DNA from: a virus
Taxonomy: Duplodnaviria > Caudoviricetes
Direction: 5' to 3' (one strand)
Virus record (IMG/VR): IMGVR_UViG_3300032250_000391
Location: 32,103-96,102 of that record
Length of the DNA: 64,000 bases
Shown here: positions 28,354 through 37,532 of the stretch, in pieces
Layout: the number at the start of each line of letters is the position of its first letter
Position numbering within the stretch: the stretch's first letter is position 1
Position numbers and translations under genes: made by a program
The notes under the pieces: model-generated
What the model was told of the DNA's origin: nothing
The model's input: the letters and a program-made list of their open reading frames with translations, nothing else
The model's database searches: none

Positions 28354-28647
28354 TTAGTAGTCGATTTCAGGAATGTTAAAACCTTTGGTCGCGGCATACG
28401 CTTGAAGCTCGCCTACGACACCGTTTAGATAGCGAGCCTTCGCTATTATTTCACCGCGAGGCAATTCGCCATCGCAACTCAGATTTTCAGGGCTAAGTTT
28501 GGAACTCAAAGAGTTTGCCAAGCGTTTGCAGTCCTTCTCGCTCAAGTCGTAGGGATTGTAAGTAGCGTCTTTGCCAAAGATAGCGTCCCAATCGTTTTGT
28601 TGTTCGCAGTATTGGATTAAATTTCTCATGGTTTTCTCCTTATGCAA
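28354..28647 (-). CDS. Hypothetical protein
   Basis: LSPENLSCDGE motif seen in phage early proteins. Confidence 0.6.
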   Translation of the reverse strand: MHKEKTMRNLIQYCEQQNDWDAIFGKDATYNPYDLSEKDCKRLANSLSSKLSPENLSCDGELPRGEIIAKARYLNGVVGELQAYAATKGFNIPEIDY

Positions 28648-28963
28648 TTACTGGCTTGAAGCCAAAGTTGTCGACGATGTAAAAGCCTTCGTTTTCGTCA
28701 TTTTTGTTTAGCCAAATTAAATCTCCGACCGAAGTAGAGCGATAATTTTTCCTACCGCCCATCACTTCGACGCCTTCGTTTTCTGACCAATGCTCGTCAA
28801 TGGAATTAGTCAAATCAAAGGCGTCAGCTAAAATTCTGTCCTTTAGCAAGTCACGATTATTAAGAAAGGCAACTGGCTCGTAATCGTTTAAGTCGACACG
28901 CGTTGGCGTCTTGCCAAGATAACCTTCAAATTTTTTCTTTTGCATAACTATGGCTGAGTACAT
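28640..28963 (-). CDS. YodL-like protein
   Basis: RSTSVGD...YIVDNFGF. Confidence 0.5.
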   Translation of the reverse strand: MYSAIVMQKKKFEGYLGKTPTRVDLNDYEPVAFLNNRDLLKDRILADAFDLTNSIDEHWSENEGVEVMGGRKNYRSTSVGDLIWLNKNDENEGFYIVDNFGFKPVIA

Positions 28964-29037
28964 TTCCTTCTCCTTTATTAGTGTTGCTCTGTCGATTTAG
29001 TTATTATGACGAAGTAAGTCAGGCGTGACTAATGGCA

Positions 29038-29289
29038 CTAAGTAAATAAAGCAAGTTGCCAATCAGAGTCTTCTTTGATAGGGTCAAAGACAATTTCGAA
29101 GTCTTCGTTTGGCGGTCCAATTTCCATTGTAAAAAAGTCCTGCGCCCAATTCTGAGGCGTATAGTCGCGGTAAGCCCATAGAAGCGTGTCATAGAAATAG
29201 CCTCTATCCTGCTCGCATGAATACATCACGGCATCTAGGACTAACTTTTTAGCCTCAGAAACGGTTATTTTGGTTTTAGGTCTACTCAT
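29038..29289 (-). CDS. Hypothetical protein
   Basis: Coupled ORF. Confidence 0.55.
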   Translation of the reverse strand: MSRPKTKITVSEAKKLVLDAVMYSCEQDRGYFYDTLLWAYRDYTPQNWAQDFFTMEIGPPNEDFEIVFDPIKEDSDWQLALFT

Positions 29290-29561
29290 GAGAGTGCCTC
29301 CTTTATTCTTTCTAAATTCACGCAGGAATAATTCATCGGATACTTTTCTTCAAATTTAGGGACGACGAGCATAGCCCATATATACGCCTGCTCCGTATCT
29401 GTCAGTTCCGAAGGCTCGTATACGTTAGTCATGTCCATTTTCATATTTAAGCCCGCCTCTGACGAGAGAATTGGCGCCGCCCAAAGATAGTCCTCATACG
29501 CGAAGTAGGCGTTACCGTCGTTATGATTGTAAAAAGCCTTAACAAAAGTTTTGTCAGTCAT
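29286..29561 (-). CDS. Hypothetical protein
   Basis: AGGAG RBS. Confidence 0.55.
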   Translation of the reverse strand: MTDKTFVKAFYNHNDGNAYFAYEDYLWAAPILSSEAGLNMKMDMTNVYEPSELTDTEQAYIWAMLVVPKFEEKYPMNYSCVNLERIKEALS

Positions 29562-29569
29562 GATTTCTC

Positions 29570-29839
29570 CTAAAATGAGTAAGGGGCGTAATTGCGAATT
29601 GGCGAGTCTTTGGAAAGCGATATATGCTCCTTAAACTCGTACTCAATTCCTCTGTCTTTGAGAGCGCCAATAAATAAAGAGGCGTCGCAGTCTTCCTCTA
29701 AGTAGACGTAATCGCCTCTGGCGTAAGAGTAGTAGGAAATCTTGTCATCAATTCCAAACTGCTCCAACATACGTTTCTCGACCTTGAGCCAACCATGTCC
29801 AGGGTCCGAATAAAAATCTAATTGCATTGTCATCTCCAC
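29570..29839 (-). CDS. Conserved phage/plasmid hypothetical protein
   Basis: SDPGHGWLKV...YLEEDCD motif. Confidence 0.6.
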   Translation of the reverse strand: MEMTMQLDFYSDPGHGWLKVEKRMLEQFGIDDKISYYSYARGDYVYLEEDCDASLFIGALKDRGIEYEFKEHISLSKDSPIRNYAPYSF

Positions 29840-29908
29840 TCTCCTTGTGATTATTTGCTACATTTATAATTGTAGATATCCGATACAGGCGTGTAAATCA
29901 CGAATGAC

Positions 29909-30187
29909 TTACTGCCTAAGAGATGCCAATTTCACAAATCTAGGGCGCATATAATAGTTTTGCGCCTCGATGCAATTGCGGATACTGGCGGCAAACTGAT
30001 GCCTTTTGCCATCGGCATTAGCCAGCTCCATCATTGTGACTGCAATAAAGATGGCAACAAGAGGCTTTTTGTTGTGCAGATGCTCAAGGACTGCGCCTCG
30101 ATTACCGTTAAGCCAACTCTCATAAAGTTCGGATATTTCCTCTTCCTCAATTTCAAACTCTGCAACTTTTTCTTTAGGCGATTTCAT
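29909..30187 (-). CDS. Hypothetical protein
   Basis: GGAGG RBS. Confidence 0.5.
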   Translation of the reverse strand: MKSPKEKVAEFEIEEEEISELYESWLNGNRGAVLEHLHNKKPLVAIFIAVTMMELANADGKRHQFAASIRNCIEAQNYYMRPRFVKLASLRQ

Positions 30188-30653
30188 GTAATTCCTCCAT
30201 CCATTCCGGTATGTTTCGATATTTCCAATGTGCGATATGTGCTTTGTGTAGCCTGTAATAAGTACGATAGGCTGTCACGGCGTCAGGATGCTTGCACTCG
30301 TCAGGCATCGCTTGTGCAAACGGTGTCATGCCAATGGGTATAGCTTTGGGTGGCGGACTCCAGATGCTTTCGATGACTGACTGACAGGCATGTCGCTTGT
30401 CGTAGCGGTAGGAATATTCTGCACACAGTTCCAAGCCCAACTCGACTAGCCACTGGTAATTTTCCTTGCTTTGCCTAGCCCAAACTGTGCAGGGATGATT
30501 TGGATAGGCTGGCTTGTATTGAGAATAACCGCCAAGCAGATGATGGGCTGTGGACAGCATTTGTGCAGTTTCCAACGGCATTTTGACTATATGCTTGTCC
30601 AAGTGAAGCCTTGCGGCCTCAATCGGTTCGTAATCTAGGACAAAAATGTTCAT
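30174..30653 (-). CDS. Pyrimidine-dimer DNA glycosylase (DenV-like family)
   Basis: MNIFVLD...DKHIVKMPLETAQMLST, NHPCTVW, AQAMPD. Confidence 0.75.
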   Translation of the reverse strand: MNIFVLDYEPIEAARLHLDKHIVKMPLETAQMLSTAHHLLGGYSQYKPAYPNHPCTVWARQSKENYQWLVELGLELCAEYSYRYDKRHACQSVIESIWSPPPKAIPIGMTPFAQAMPDECKHPDAVTAYRTYYRLHKAHIAHWKYRNIPEWMEELHEIA

Positions 30654-30901
30654 TGAAATTCGACTCCAACAAAGAAGCCCATCATGATTAAGGCGGCAGA
30701 TACTTTTCTTGGTAATTCGTATACGCCATCGTAATCTCGTAGGGTGACTTGCGTTTCGTCAATCACACTTGTTTCATCCTCAAACCACAAGCCACCGCCT
30801 GTGCCAGTTTTTTGATGCTCAAAGAATCCATAATTAGCCTGTGAGTCAACTTGCACGTCCCAATCGCCAACTGTTAGTTTTTTGTCAAAGTTATATGCCA
30901 T
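30650..30901 (-). CDS. Hypothetical protein
   Basis: GGLWF...DYDGVYELP motif; RBS. Confidence 0.6.
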   Translation of the reverse strand: MAYNFDKKLTVGDWDVQVDSQANYGFFEHQKTGTGGGLWFEDETSVIDETQVTLRDYDGVYELPRKVSAALIMMGFFVGVEFQ

Positions 30902-30977
30902 TTTGTTTCTCCTTGTAATTGATTAACCACAATTACATTTTAAAGATTAGATTCAGGCGCGTCGGGTGGCAGTTTCG

Positions 30978-31217
30978 CTAAATCGTAGGAATCACAGATA
31001 GGTCATCGTCGCTTGTAAAGAGAGCGCCTGCGTTATTACCTTCATCGTCTTGGGACGAAAAAATATGCGAGCCATCGCTAAAGAAAATGACCAAAGACCT
31101 TTGATACCAGCCTAAGTTGTCCATTTCGTCGCTTGTTAAATAGCGAACTGAGGCAACTGTTTTGCCGACTAGAAACGCAGAGGCAGACGCCTCCCAAGAT
31201 TTAATTAATTTGTCCAA
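30978..31217 (-). CDS. Hypothetical protein
   Basis: SQDDEGNNAGALF motif; AAGGAG RBS. Confidence 0.6.
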   Translation of the reverse strand: MDKLIKSWEASASAFLVGKTVASVRYLTSDEMDNLGWYQRSLVIFFSDGSHIFSSQDDEGNNAGALFTSDDDLSVIPTI

Positions 31218-31375
31218 AATTTACTCCTTTATATACATACGAACTGTGTCGCCAAAACCTAGCAACTTAAGGGCAAAAGCATCTGCTTCTGCCTGTGAGT
31301 CAAACTCTTCCTCACGCCACTTGCGAAGCTCTGTCCATGAATTTTTGGAATACTCAACTACATAATAAACTTTGG

Positions 31376-31600
31376 TCATCTCATTGCTCCTTTATGTGAA
31401 CTGTTTAAGCCTAGCAATAAGCTAGGGTCTGTTACTAAAATATAATTGCTTTTGGGCATCGGCACGACACAATGCTTTATTTTCCTAGCATTACTTTCGC
31501 CACAATCCATGCAGACCTTGTAGCCTAGCAAGCCTCGTCTGCCATCTACCGCCTCACCGCATTGCCTACAGTCAAACGACTCACTCATAACTCCTCCCAT
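31376..31600 (-). CDS. Small zinc-finger protein
   Basis: CxxC...CxxC. Confidence 0.6.
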   Translation of the reverse strand: MGGVMSESFDCRQCGEAVDGRRGLLGYKVCMDCGESNARKIKHCVVPMPKSNYILVTDPSLLLGLNSSHKGAMR

Positions 31601-31788
31601 CTAGCCATCATTTCGCCTAAATCTACTACTGGCGCGTCATCGCTGACGTTGTACCAGAGGCAATAGGGGTCGTTGTTTTGCTTTAAATTTGCTTGGCTAA
31701 CATTCTGCTGCCAATCAATTTTTTCTTGCTCTGCCTGCCATACCGCTTTTACTCTACCCATAACTGACTCCTCCTCTTTCGTAGCCAA
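31585..31788 (-). CDS. Hypothetical protein
   Basis: Coupled ORF. Confidence 0.45.
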   Translation of the reverse strand: MATKEEESVMGRVKAVWQAEQEKIDWQQNVSQANLKQNNDPYCLWYNVSDDAPVVDLGEMMARWEEL

Positions 31789-31990
31789 CTACATTAAAAT
31801 CGCCATGATTGCCAATGATTGAAAGATTAGGGTTGTCATCAAAGTAATAGAAAATGGCATCGTCATCCTCGCCTTCAACCCCGTTCCACTCGCCAATAGC
31901 CGCCCTAGCGGTATAAATGTAGTCGTCCACAGGCTCGCCATTTGCTTCATTTGCCCACTTAAAGTGAATAACAATATGTTCAATAGCCAT
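31754..31990 (-). CDS. Hypothetical acidic protein
   Basis: AAGGAG RBS. Confidence 0.55.
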   Translation of the reverse strand: MAIEHIVIHFKWANEANGEPVDDYIYTARAAIGEWNGVEGEDDDAIFYYFDDNPNLSIIGNHGDFNVVGYERGGVSYG

Positions 31991-31999
31991 AACTTCTCC

Positions 32000-32263
32000 T
32001 TAACTATGAAAACCAAAATGGTCATCGTGCCAAACAGCTCCAATGCTGTAACGGCAATCGCCGTCATCGGTATCAAAGAAGGCTGCATTTATCTCGCAAT
32101 GCTTGGCGTCAATCCAAATCTTGACGATTGGATAGCTAAAATTCCAAGTGCTTAAATAACCTAGAGCGCGATAAACTTCTTTGTCATTTTTGCCTACGTT
32201 AATCATCAAGTTTGTCATGTCGACTGCGTTAAACTGATAATCCACTCGCCTTGCGTCTGTCAT
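32000..32263 (-). CDS. Hypothetical protein
   Basis: GAGGAG RBS; first gene after a GCC-box promoter. Confidence 0.6.
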   Translation of the reverse strand: MTDARRVDYQFNAVDMTNLMINVGKNDKEVYRALGYLSTWNFSYPIVKIWIDAKHCEINAAFFDTDDGDCRYSIGAVWHDDHFGFHS

Positions 32264-32600
32264 GTGATTTCTCCTCTAGTTGCTTTGTTGATGTATTCAT
32301 TATGAACAGATATTTAAGGCACTAAAAGTGGCATATTGCTATATATATCAGGCACTTGCAGACGTATTAGCCTAAAATATAAAAGATAAATGTCTTAGCC
32401 AATGTTTAAACGACTTCTAAACTTAAGCCTCATATTTCCCGCGTAGGTGTGACGTTTTACTATTAATCTGACAGTCTGATATTCGCTTGAAATTTAAACG
32501 TCACACCTATCGTTTACACGATTAGGCAATCGACAAAATCGACACACGCCTTGGCAATATTGCAGATACAAAAAAGCCGACGTTAGTCAGCTTTTCTTTT

Positions 32601-32987
32601 CTACCACCAAGAGTCGTAGACGACCGCCTTACCATCTGCGATAGCTTGGCGAGCTTTCGCAATAAAGCCTAAGTCGGCTTCCACCGATTCTTCATCAGGC
32701 GGAAAGTTACCGAAAAAGAATCCTGTTGTTTCGGGCAACGCCTTACCTTGAACCGCTCGCTCCAATTCATCAAGGTCATTATCCGTAAGCCTCAAGGTAT
32801 CGCAGTTAAAGGTCGATGAAAGACCGCCTTTGTGTGCGTAAAGTTGATGCATCCAACCATGCAAGTCGTGATGCTTACGCCAATAAAACAGTTCTTCTCT
32901 TGGCTCGCTCTCTGGAATTTCTAAATCCACTTGCTGATTGCCTACTGCTTCGGCATTTACTAAATAAGCATACATATCTAATCCCAT
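32601..32987 (-). CDS. Conserved phage hypothetical protein
   Basis: MGLDMY...YWRKHHDLHGWM...TGFFFG...YDSWW. Confidence 0.7.
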   Translation of the reverse strand: MGLDMYAYLVNAEAVGNQQVDLEIPESEPREELFYWRKHHDLHGWMHQLYAHKGGLSSTFNCDTLRLTDNDLDELERAVQGKALPETTGFFFGNFPPDEESVEADLGFIAKARQAIADGKAVVYDSWW

Positions 32988-33052
32988 ACTCTTCTCCTTA
33001 GTGTGTTGTGTTTCGACAATGAAATGATATTAAATAAGGGTAGGCGTGTAAA

Positions 33053-33496
33053 TCACTGGTGACTTACTGCCTTCTCAATGCCAATTTGTTTATTTTCTTG
33101 AGCCAAACCCCATTCAAGTTCGTTATGTACTTTACGCTCGACAGACAAAAGCCAATCAAGGTCATCGCCGTCCTGCCAAACTTCTACATCATCAAACTCT
33201 TCGCCTATTCGAACAAACTCGGCATTAAGTCCCGCCTCTGATGCCGTCATGTAAAACTTTTCTAGGTGAACAATTTCAGGATAGTTGAGGGTGTACCATT
33301 TGATGCCTTCGGCATTAAAGGAAAAGTATTTGATATTGCCATCCTCGCTTACGATAACTTTAGTCTTAGGAATGATATAACTTAGGTCTAAACCCTCATC
33401 ATCAATCACGTCTTTGGCAAAGTAGTTGTCAAAGTGCCTTTGAAACCTTGACGGTTCGCCATAAACCACTATTGATACCTCGCTCCTATATCCCAT
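33053..33496 (-). CDS. Hypothetical protein
   Basis: MGYRSEV...KWY...FVRIGEEFDD motif. Confidence 0.65.
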   Translation of the reverse strand: MGYRSEVSIVVYGEPSRFQRHFDNYFAKDVIDDEGLDLSYIIPKTKVIVSEDGNIKYFSFNAEGIKWYTLNYPEIVHLEKFYMTASEAGLNAEFVRIGEEFDDVEVWQDGDDLDWLLSVERKVHNELEWGLAQENKQIGIEKAVSHQ

Positions 33497-33725
33497 ACTC
33501 GCTCTCCTCTTCTAGTTCTGAATAACTGGAAAATGCGCTGGAAACAGGGTCGCTGCCATCATGCTCTGCCATTTGCTTAAAAATGTCCGCCACAAAGCCA
33601 TCTTCGTCTGCTTTGATTTGAATGACGCCTGGCCTGCCTTCCTTGACAATATAAAGGTATTGGTCGTCATAAGCTTGGACAACCCAACCTTCGCCTACGT
33701 ACTGCATTTCTTTAGATTCAATCAT
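33486..33725 (-). CDS. Hypothetical protein
   Basis: Coupled ORF. Confidence 0.55.
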   Translation of the reverse strand: MIESKEMQYVGEGWVVQAYDDQYLYIVKEGRPGVIQIKADEDGFVADIFKQMAEHDGSDPVSSAFSSYSELEEESEYGI

Positions 33726-34069
33726 GCCGATTGCCTCACTTTCTCTGAAATTAAATTAAGCGACTCATGCACTAAATCAACGGCATCTTGACTATGACCG
33801 CCAATATGCCAATTACGAATATCCCAAACAGCCATACCGTCTCTGCCACAATAGTTGCGTCCATCTTTCCAGTTATAGATTGTTGCCACAGTGCCGTCAT
33901 CGCCTACAATGACCCATTCCGCATCGACCTTATAACCGTCGCCATCAGTCGGTTCGCCAAATGCCTCTAACAATTCGACATAATTGGCATTAATGTAACC
34001 TTGAAGCGACGTGCCGTTGACTGACGCCCAATGACCTTTAATGTTCTGTACAGCCTGAAACCATTTCAT
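33722..34069 (-). CDS. Hypothetical protein
   Basis: GTSLQG...FGEP...ATIYNWK...WHIGG motif. Confidence 0.65.
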   Translation of the reverse strand: MKWFQAVQNIKGHWASVNGTSLQGYINANYVELLEAFGEPTDGDGYKVDAEWVIVGDDGTVATIYNWKDGRNYCGRDGMAVWDIRNWHIGGHSQDAVDLVHESLNLISEKVRQSA

Positions 34070-34106
34070 TTTAAACTCCTTAGTTAGTAGTGACTTACTA
34101 AAATCA

Positions 34107-34649
34107 TTATGAAGATTGAAGATAGGCGCGTAAAGTGGCGGAATTAGAATTTAAAGCGGCAATGGCCGCCCTCTCTTCGCACTCTTTAATGATTGCCTCC
34201 ATCAGACTGATATAGTCTTGGGCATCTTCTACGCCGCCTAACTCTTCTGCTTGTTGGATTGTATTTATAACTTCCTCATAGATGACTGACGCGCTATAGG
34301 AAAGGTGAATGAGTTTGCCTGCCGTGTCAATTTCATCGTCGACAGACAGACTGATAAAAATGCCATCATCGTCAAATGGCACTTCTGTAATAAAGTAGCC
34401 AAGACGATTGACGAAGTGCCAGCCTGCCTGAATGAAAACTTTGTCATCCTCTTCGCCATACGTCCAGATTGTATTTGGCGCTTGAGCCTTAACGAAGTCT
34501 AATTCTTCGCCGTAGGTTTCAAACATGATGCCATCGAATGATGCGTTATCATCCAAATGGTTTTTTATTGGTTTATATTTTTCCTCCCACATTTCGATGC
34601 TGAGGGCTTGTTTTGGCGTTTCTAACATACTTTTCTCCTTAGAATTCAC
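34107..34649 (-). CDS. Hypothetical protein
   Basis: FETYGEEL...GWHFVNRLGYFIT motif. Confidence 0.6.
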   Translation of the reverse strand: MNSKEKSMLETPKQALSIEMWEEKYKPIKNHLDDNASFDGIMFETYGEELDFVKAQAPNTIWTYGEEDDKVFIQAGWHFVNRLGYFITEVPFDDDGIFISLSVDDEIDTAGKLIHLSYSASVIYEEVINTIQQAEELGGVEDAQDYISLMEAIIKECEERAAIAALNSNSATLRAYLQSS

Positions 34650-35025
34650 TTGGCAACAACATTACGTTGTCGATTAAATAAAACTTCCACTCGCCTTCGG
34701 GACAGTCAGTAAACTCAATGCGCTTGCCTGCCAGAATACCGTCGTTGCCATCCGTCAGTTCAAGCACAGCCTCAGAGTCTTGCACGTTTAAAAAGACGGA
34801 CATAAATCGGTTTTCTGCCTGTAACTTATTAAACTCTGTAGCCATAATGTCTAAGAACCAATAAGCGCCATTGCCTGCGTTCTCAGCAAAATACTTAACG
34901 CCATCCGTATAATGAAATTTCCTATTAAAGAAGTGGCGATACCATTTTTCCGAACCTGTGAACTGCGAAAGTGAGCCTTTTAATTCTACTGCGTCTATCA
35001 TAATAGTTTCTCCTCTATAAGTCAT
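34639..35025 (-). CDS. DUF6876-like protein
   Basis: LSQFTGSE.WYRH...YTDGV...AYW.LD...FTDCP...LLPSE. Confidence 0.6.
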   Translation of the reverse strand: MTYRGETIMIDAVELKGSLSQFTGSEKWYRHFFNRKFHYTDGVKYFAENAGNGAYWFLDIMATEFNKLQAENRFMSVFLNVQDSEAVLELTDGNDGILAGKRIEFTDCPEGEWKFYLIDNVMLLPSEF

Positions 35026-35368
35026 TAGTGATTTACAATTATAATAATATATCCAGAAATTAGGCGCGTCTTAGGCAACATTTTGGCTGTTTTAGCTTAA
35101 AAAGTGACTTAAAGCGCACATTTTTGCACCCCAGTCGCAAGCCTGTTGTTTTAACGCTCTACAAGCTCACCACTAAACTTAGCTATACCGTCATATAGCT
35201 TTAATCAAATAAACGTCACACCTACGCGGGAAAATCACTTCCTACTGATTATCTTTAGGCTTATTTAATCATTTGGCTCTATAGTTTGTATGTAATAAAG
35301 TCCAATATATTAAAGACAAGCAATTTTGCCTGTTATAAATAACAAACTAACTCCTAAAGGAAATTATC

Positions 35369-35440
35369 ATGTGGACATCTCCATCAGCTACTGAAATGCG
35401 TTTTGGCTTTGAAGTTACAATGTACGTAATGAACAAGTAA
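35369..35440 (+). CDS. pqqA: PQQ precursor peptide PqqA (prophage-borne, missing from the ORF track)
   Basis: MWTSPSATEMRFGFEVTMYVMNK with the ExxxY motif (EVTMY); AAAGGA RBS; terminator follows. Confidence 0.93.
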   Translation: MWTSPSATEMRFGFEVTMYVMNK

Positions 35441-35463
35441 TTCCTTGGAATTGCTTTGAGTAA

Positions 35464-35494
35464 ACAAAAGGGGCTTACGCCCCTTTGTCTTTTG
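35464..35494. terminator. Bidirectional terminator between pqqA and 35497..36273
   Basis: AAAGGGGC-TTAC-GCCCCTTT. Confidence 0.75.
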
Positions 35495-35496
35495 CA

Positions 35497-36273
35497 CTAG
35501 ATGCCCAACTGCGAACGAGCCTTAGCTAACATCACGCTATCAGGATTCATAATCATGCGACCCTTCTCCTTGACGGTAATCTTGTAGAATGGAAACAGCA
35601 TGAACACTTGATTAGCCTGTGAACGTGCGGTACCCAAACTGTACGGTTTAGCCAACAAGTCTTGTTGCAAGTTACCTTTGTCGCCTGATGTCAGTTCATT
35701 TTCTGTCACCAACACGGTGAAGGCACGACGCATAATCTCGTTTAGCTTGCCACCCTTGCTATACCAGTCCAACAACTGAGCAGCCTTCTCACCGACTTTC
35801 TTAGCCAACTTAGTGTCGATGTCTGAAAGAATTTGTTCCTGACGAGCCTTAAGCGTATCGGCATCAAGTGTTGCGTCGGACATTTCCAATATCAAGAAGT
35901 CGCTAACTTTGTCGCCTAACTTATGCTTGATACGCTCAGATTTCTTGGAGAAGAAGATACGTTCCTTTTTCTCTTTAACTTCTTTTGGTTCTTTTGCTAC
36001 TTTTGGTGCTTTTGCTTTTTTAGCTGGCTTTTCTACGACTGCTACTTCCACCGTATCTGAGCCTGCTGGTTGCTCTGCGTAAGCGGCAATCATGGCTTCG
36101 TCTTTTACTGCACCAGCCACTGCCATTTCAATGTCTGCTTCGGATATTGACGGAATGTCCTCGATGACCGTTTCGTCAATTACATCGTCATCCAACTTAG
36201 CTAACAATTCATCCAATAAACCGCTATCTACAAAGTCCGCTTCTACTTTTTTAACAATCTGTGCTTTTGCCAT
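35497..36273 (-). CDS. Putative DNA-binding protein with C-terminal winged helix
   Basis: Acidic/Lys-rich N-terminus; KPYSLGTARSQANQ helix motif. Confidence 0.65.
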   Translation of the reverse strand: MAKAQIVKKVEADFVDSGLLDELLAKLDDDVIDETVIEDIPSISEADIEMAVAGAVKDEAMIAAYAEQPAGSDTVEVAVVEKPAKKAKAPKVAKEPKEVKEKKERIFFSKKSERIKHKLGDKVSDFLILEMSDATLDADTLKARQEQILSDIDTKLAKKVGEKAAQLLDWYSKGGKLNEIMRRAFTVLVTENELTSGDKGNLQQDLLAKPYSLGTARSQANQVFMLFPFYKITVKEKGRMIMNPDSVMLAKARSQLGI

Positions 36274-36635
36274 ATTTAAATCTCCTTAGTCTATAAGTGT
36301 GTCGTTTCGCGACAATTAAAGTTTACGTCCAGTTATAAGGCGAGTAAATCATTAGTGACTAACTGCCTTAAACTCTATGACTTCGCTCTTTTATCTCTCC
36401 GTCATGTTTCACATTATGATTGCCCGATACAGGCGTGTGAACAGGCAGTTATTAGTGACTTAGGAGCAAAAACCAGCACTACATATATATGAAGCGCGTG
36501 TGCGCGAATACCGTATAGATTTAGGCATGTCTACAGGCAGTTTTGTTTGGACTTTGGCAGTAAAATGCCTTGGAATACGAGCCTATACAAAAATGGCGCT
36601 CCATTTAAAAAGCGCCAATCTTGTATATGGAAATG

Positions 36636-36694
36636 TACCCATACATCTATACAGGAAGCTACCCATACATCTATACAGGAAGCTACCCATACAT
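36636..36694 (+). repeat. 24-bp tandem repeat x2.5
   Basis: TACCCATACATCTATACAGGAAGC at 36636 and 36660, partial at 36684. Confidence 0.85.
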
Positions 36695-36695
36695 T

Positions 36696-37157
36696 CTACC
36701 AACTCCCCGCTATAAAACTTGTAGCCTCAGAAGAGCGAGGAATGTCGGGGTCTGGCGGTGGAGGTGGCGCTAGATTATTGGCGACTTCGTAAAACTTTTC
36801 CTGCCCTGATATATCTTTTTTCATATCGCAATAGGTGTAGTTAATCAAAAAATCTTGGTAACACTTTGTCGCCTCTTCTACATTCTTGCATTTTTTTGAG
36901 CTAAAAGGGTCATTAACCCAGCGTCCATCTACATTTGTTTTAACAGTAAGTTCGTATGGCGTCCAATAATCAGGAGTTGCGTTAGGGTCAATTCTGCCAT
37001 GCCATAAGACGCTTACCCAATATTCGCCATTGGAATATTCAAGAACTCTACAGTAGTCTTTGTCGTTAAAAAGCCTTTGATGACTTGCTATGCTTAAAAA
37101 CTTGCCATTTTTATCTATAAATGGCGTTGCTGATTTAGCCATTAGTTTCCTCTTCAT
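36696..37157 (-). CDS. Hypothetical protein
   Basis: ORF ending in AGSW. Confidence 0.55.
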   Translation of the reverse strand: MKRKLMAKSATPFIDKNGKFLSIASHQRLFNDKDYCRVLEYSNGEYWVSVLWHGRIDPNATPDYWTPYELTVKTNVDGRWVNDPFSSKKCKNVEEATKCYQDFLINYTYCDMKKDISGQEKFYEVANNLAPPPPPDPDIPRSSEATSFIAGSW

Positions 37158-37455
37158 CTATCTTCTTTATCAGCTCTCTGGCTTCTTTTAGGGTTAATCT
37201 TACAACTTTGGTAGAAGAAGGAAGCTCTCTATCGAGTCCGCTGGCGTAACCGGCAACGCCTATTATTGGCAAAACTGTGTACGTTCTTAGTAGCACCCAA
37301 ATTCCGCCAATAAACGCTCTAAATGTTGGATAAATCATGCAGATGAATAATGCCTTTGGCAGCCACACAATTGGCATACAAATGCCAATCCATAATGATT
37401 GCAAATAGCTTTTATTTTTAACAGGAATAATTTGCCACACTTCTGGAAACCACAT
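37135..37455 (-). CDS. Membrane protein
   Basis: Hydrophobic segments. Confidence 0.5.
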   Translation of the reverse strand: MWFPEVWQIIPVKNKSYLQSLWIGICMPIVWLPKALFICMIYPTFRAFIGGIWVLLRTYTVLPIIGVAGYASGLDRELPSSTKVVRLTLKEARELIKKIDEEETNG

Positions 37456-37532
37456 TGTTGCCTCTCTACCGTTCGGTAATAAATATATAAATAAACCGCC
37501 TAACTACGCCTAAAAAATACCGCTCGGTAAGC

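Noticed and set aside
36500-36792. Plus-strand ORFs 36500..36715 and 36547..36792
   Set aside because: They arise from the 24-bp repeat and from antisense to 36696..37157; no RBS
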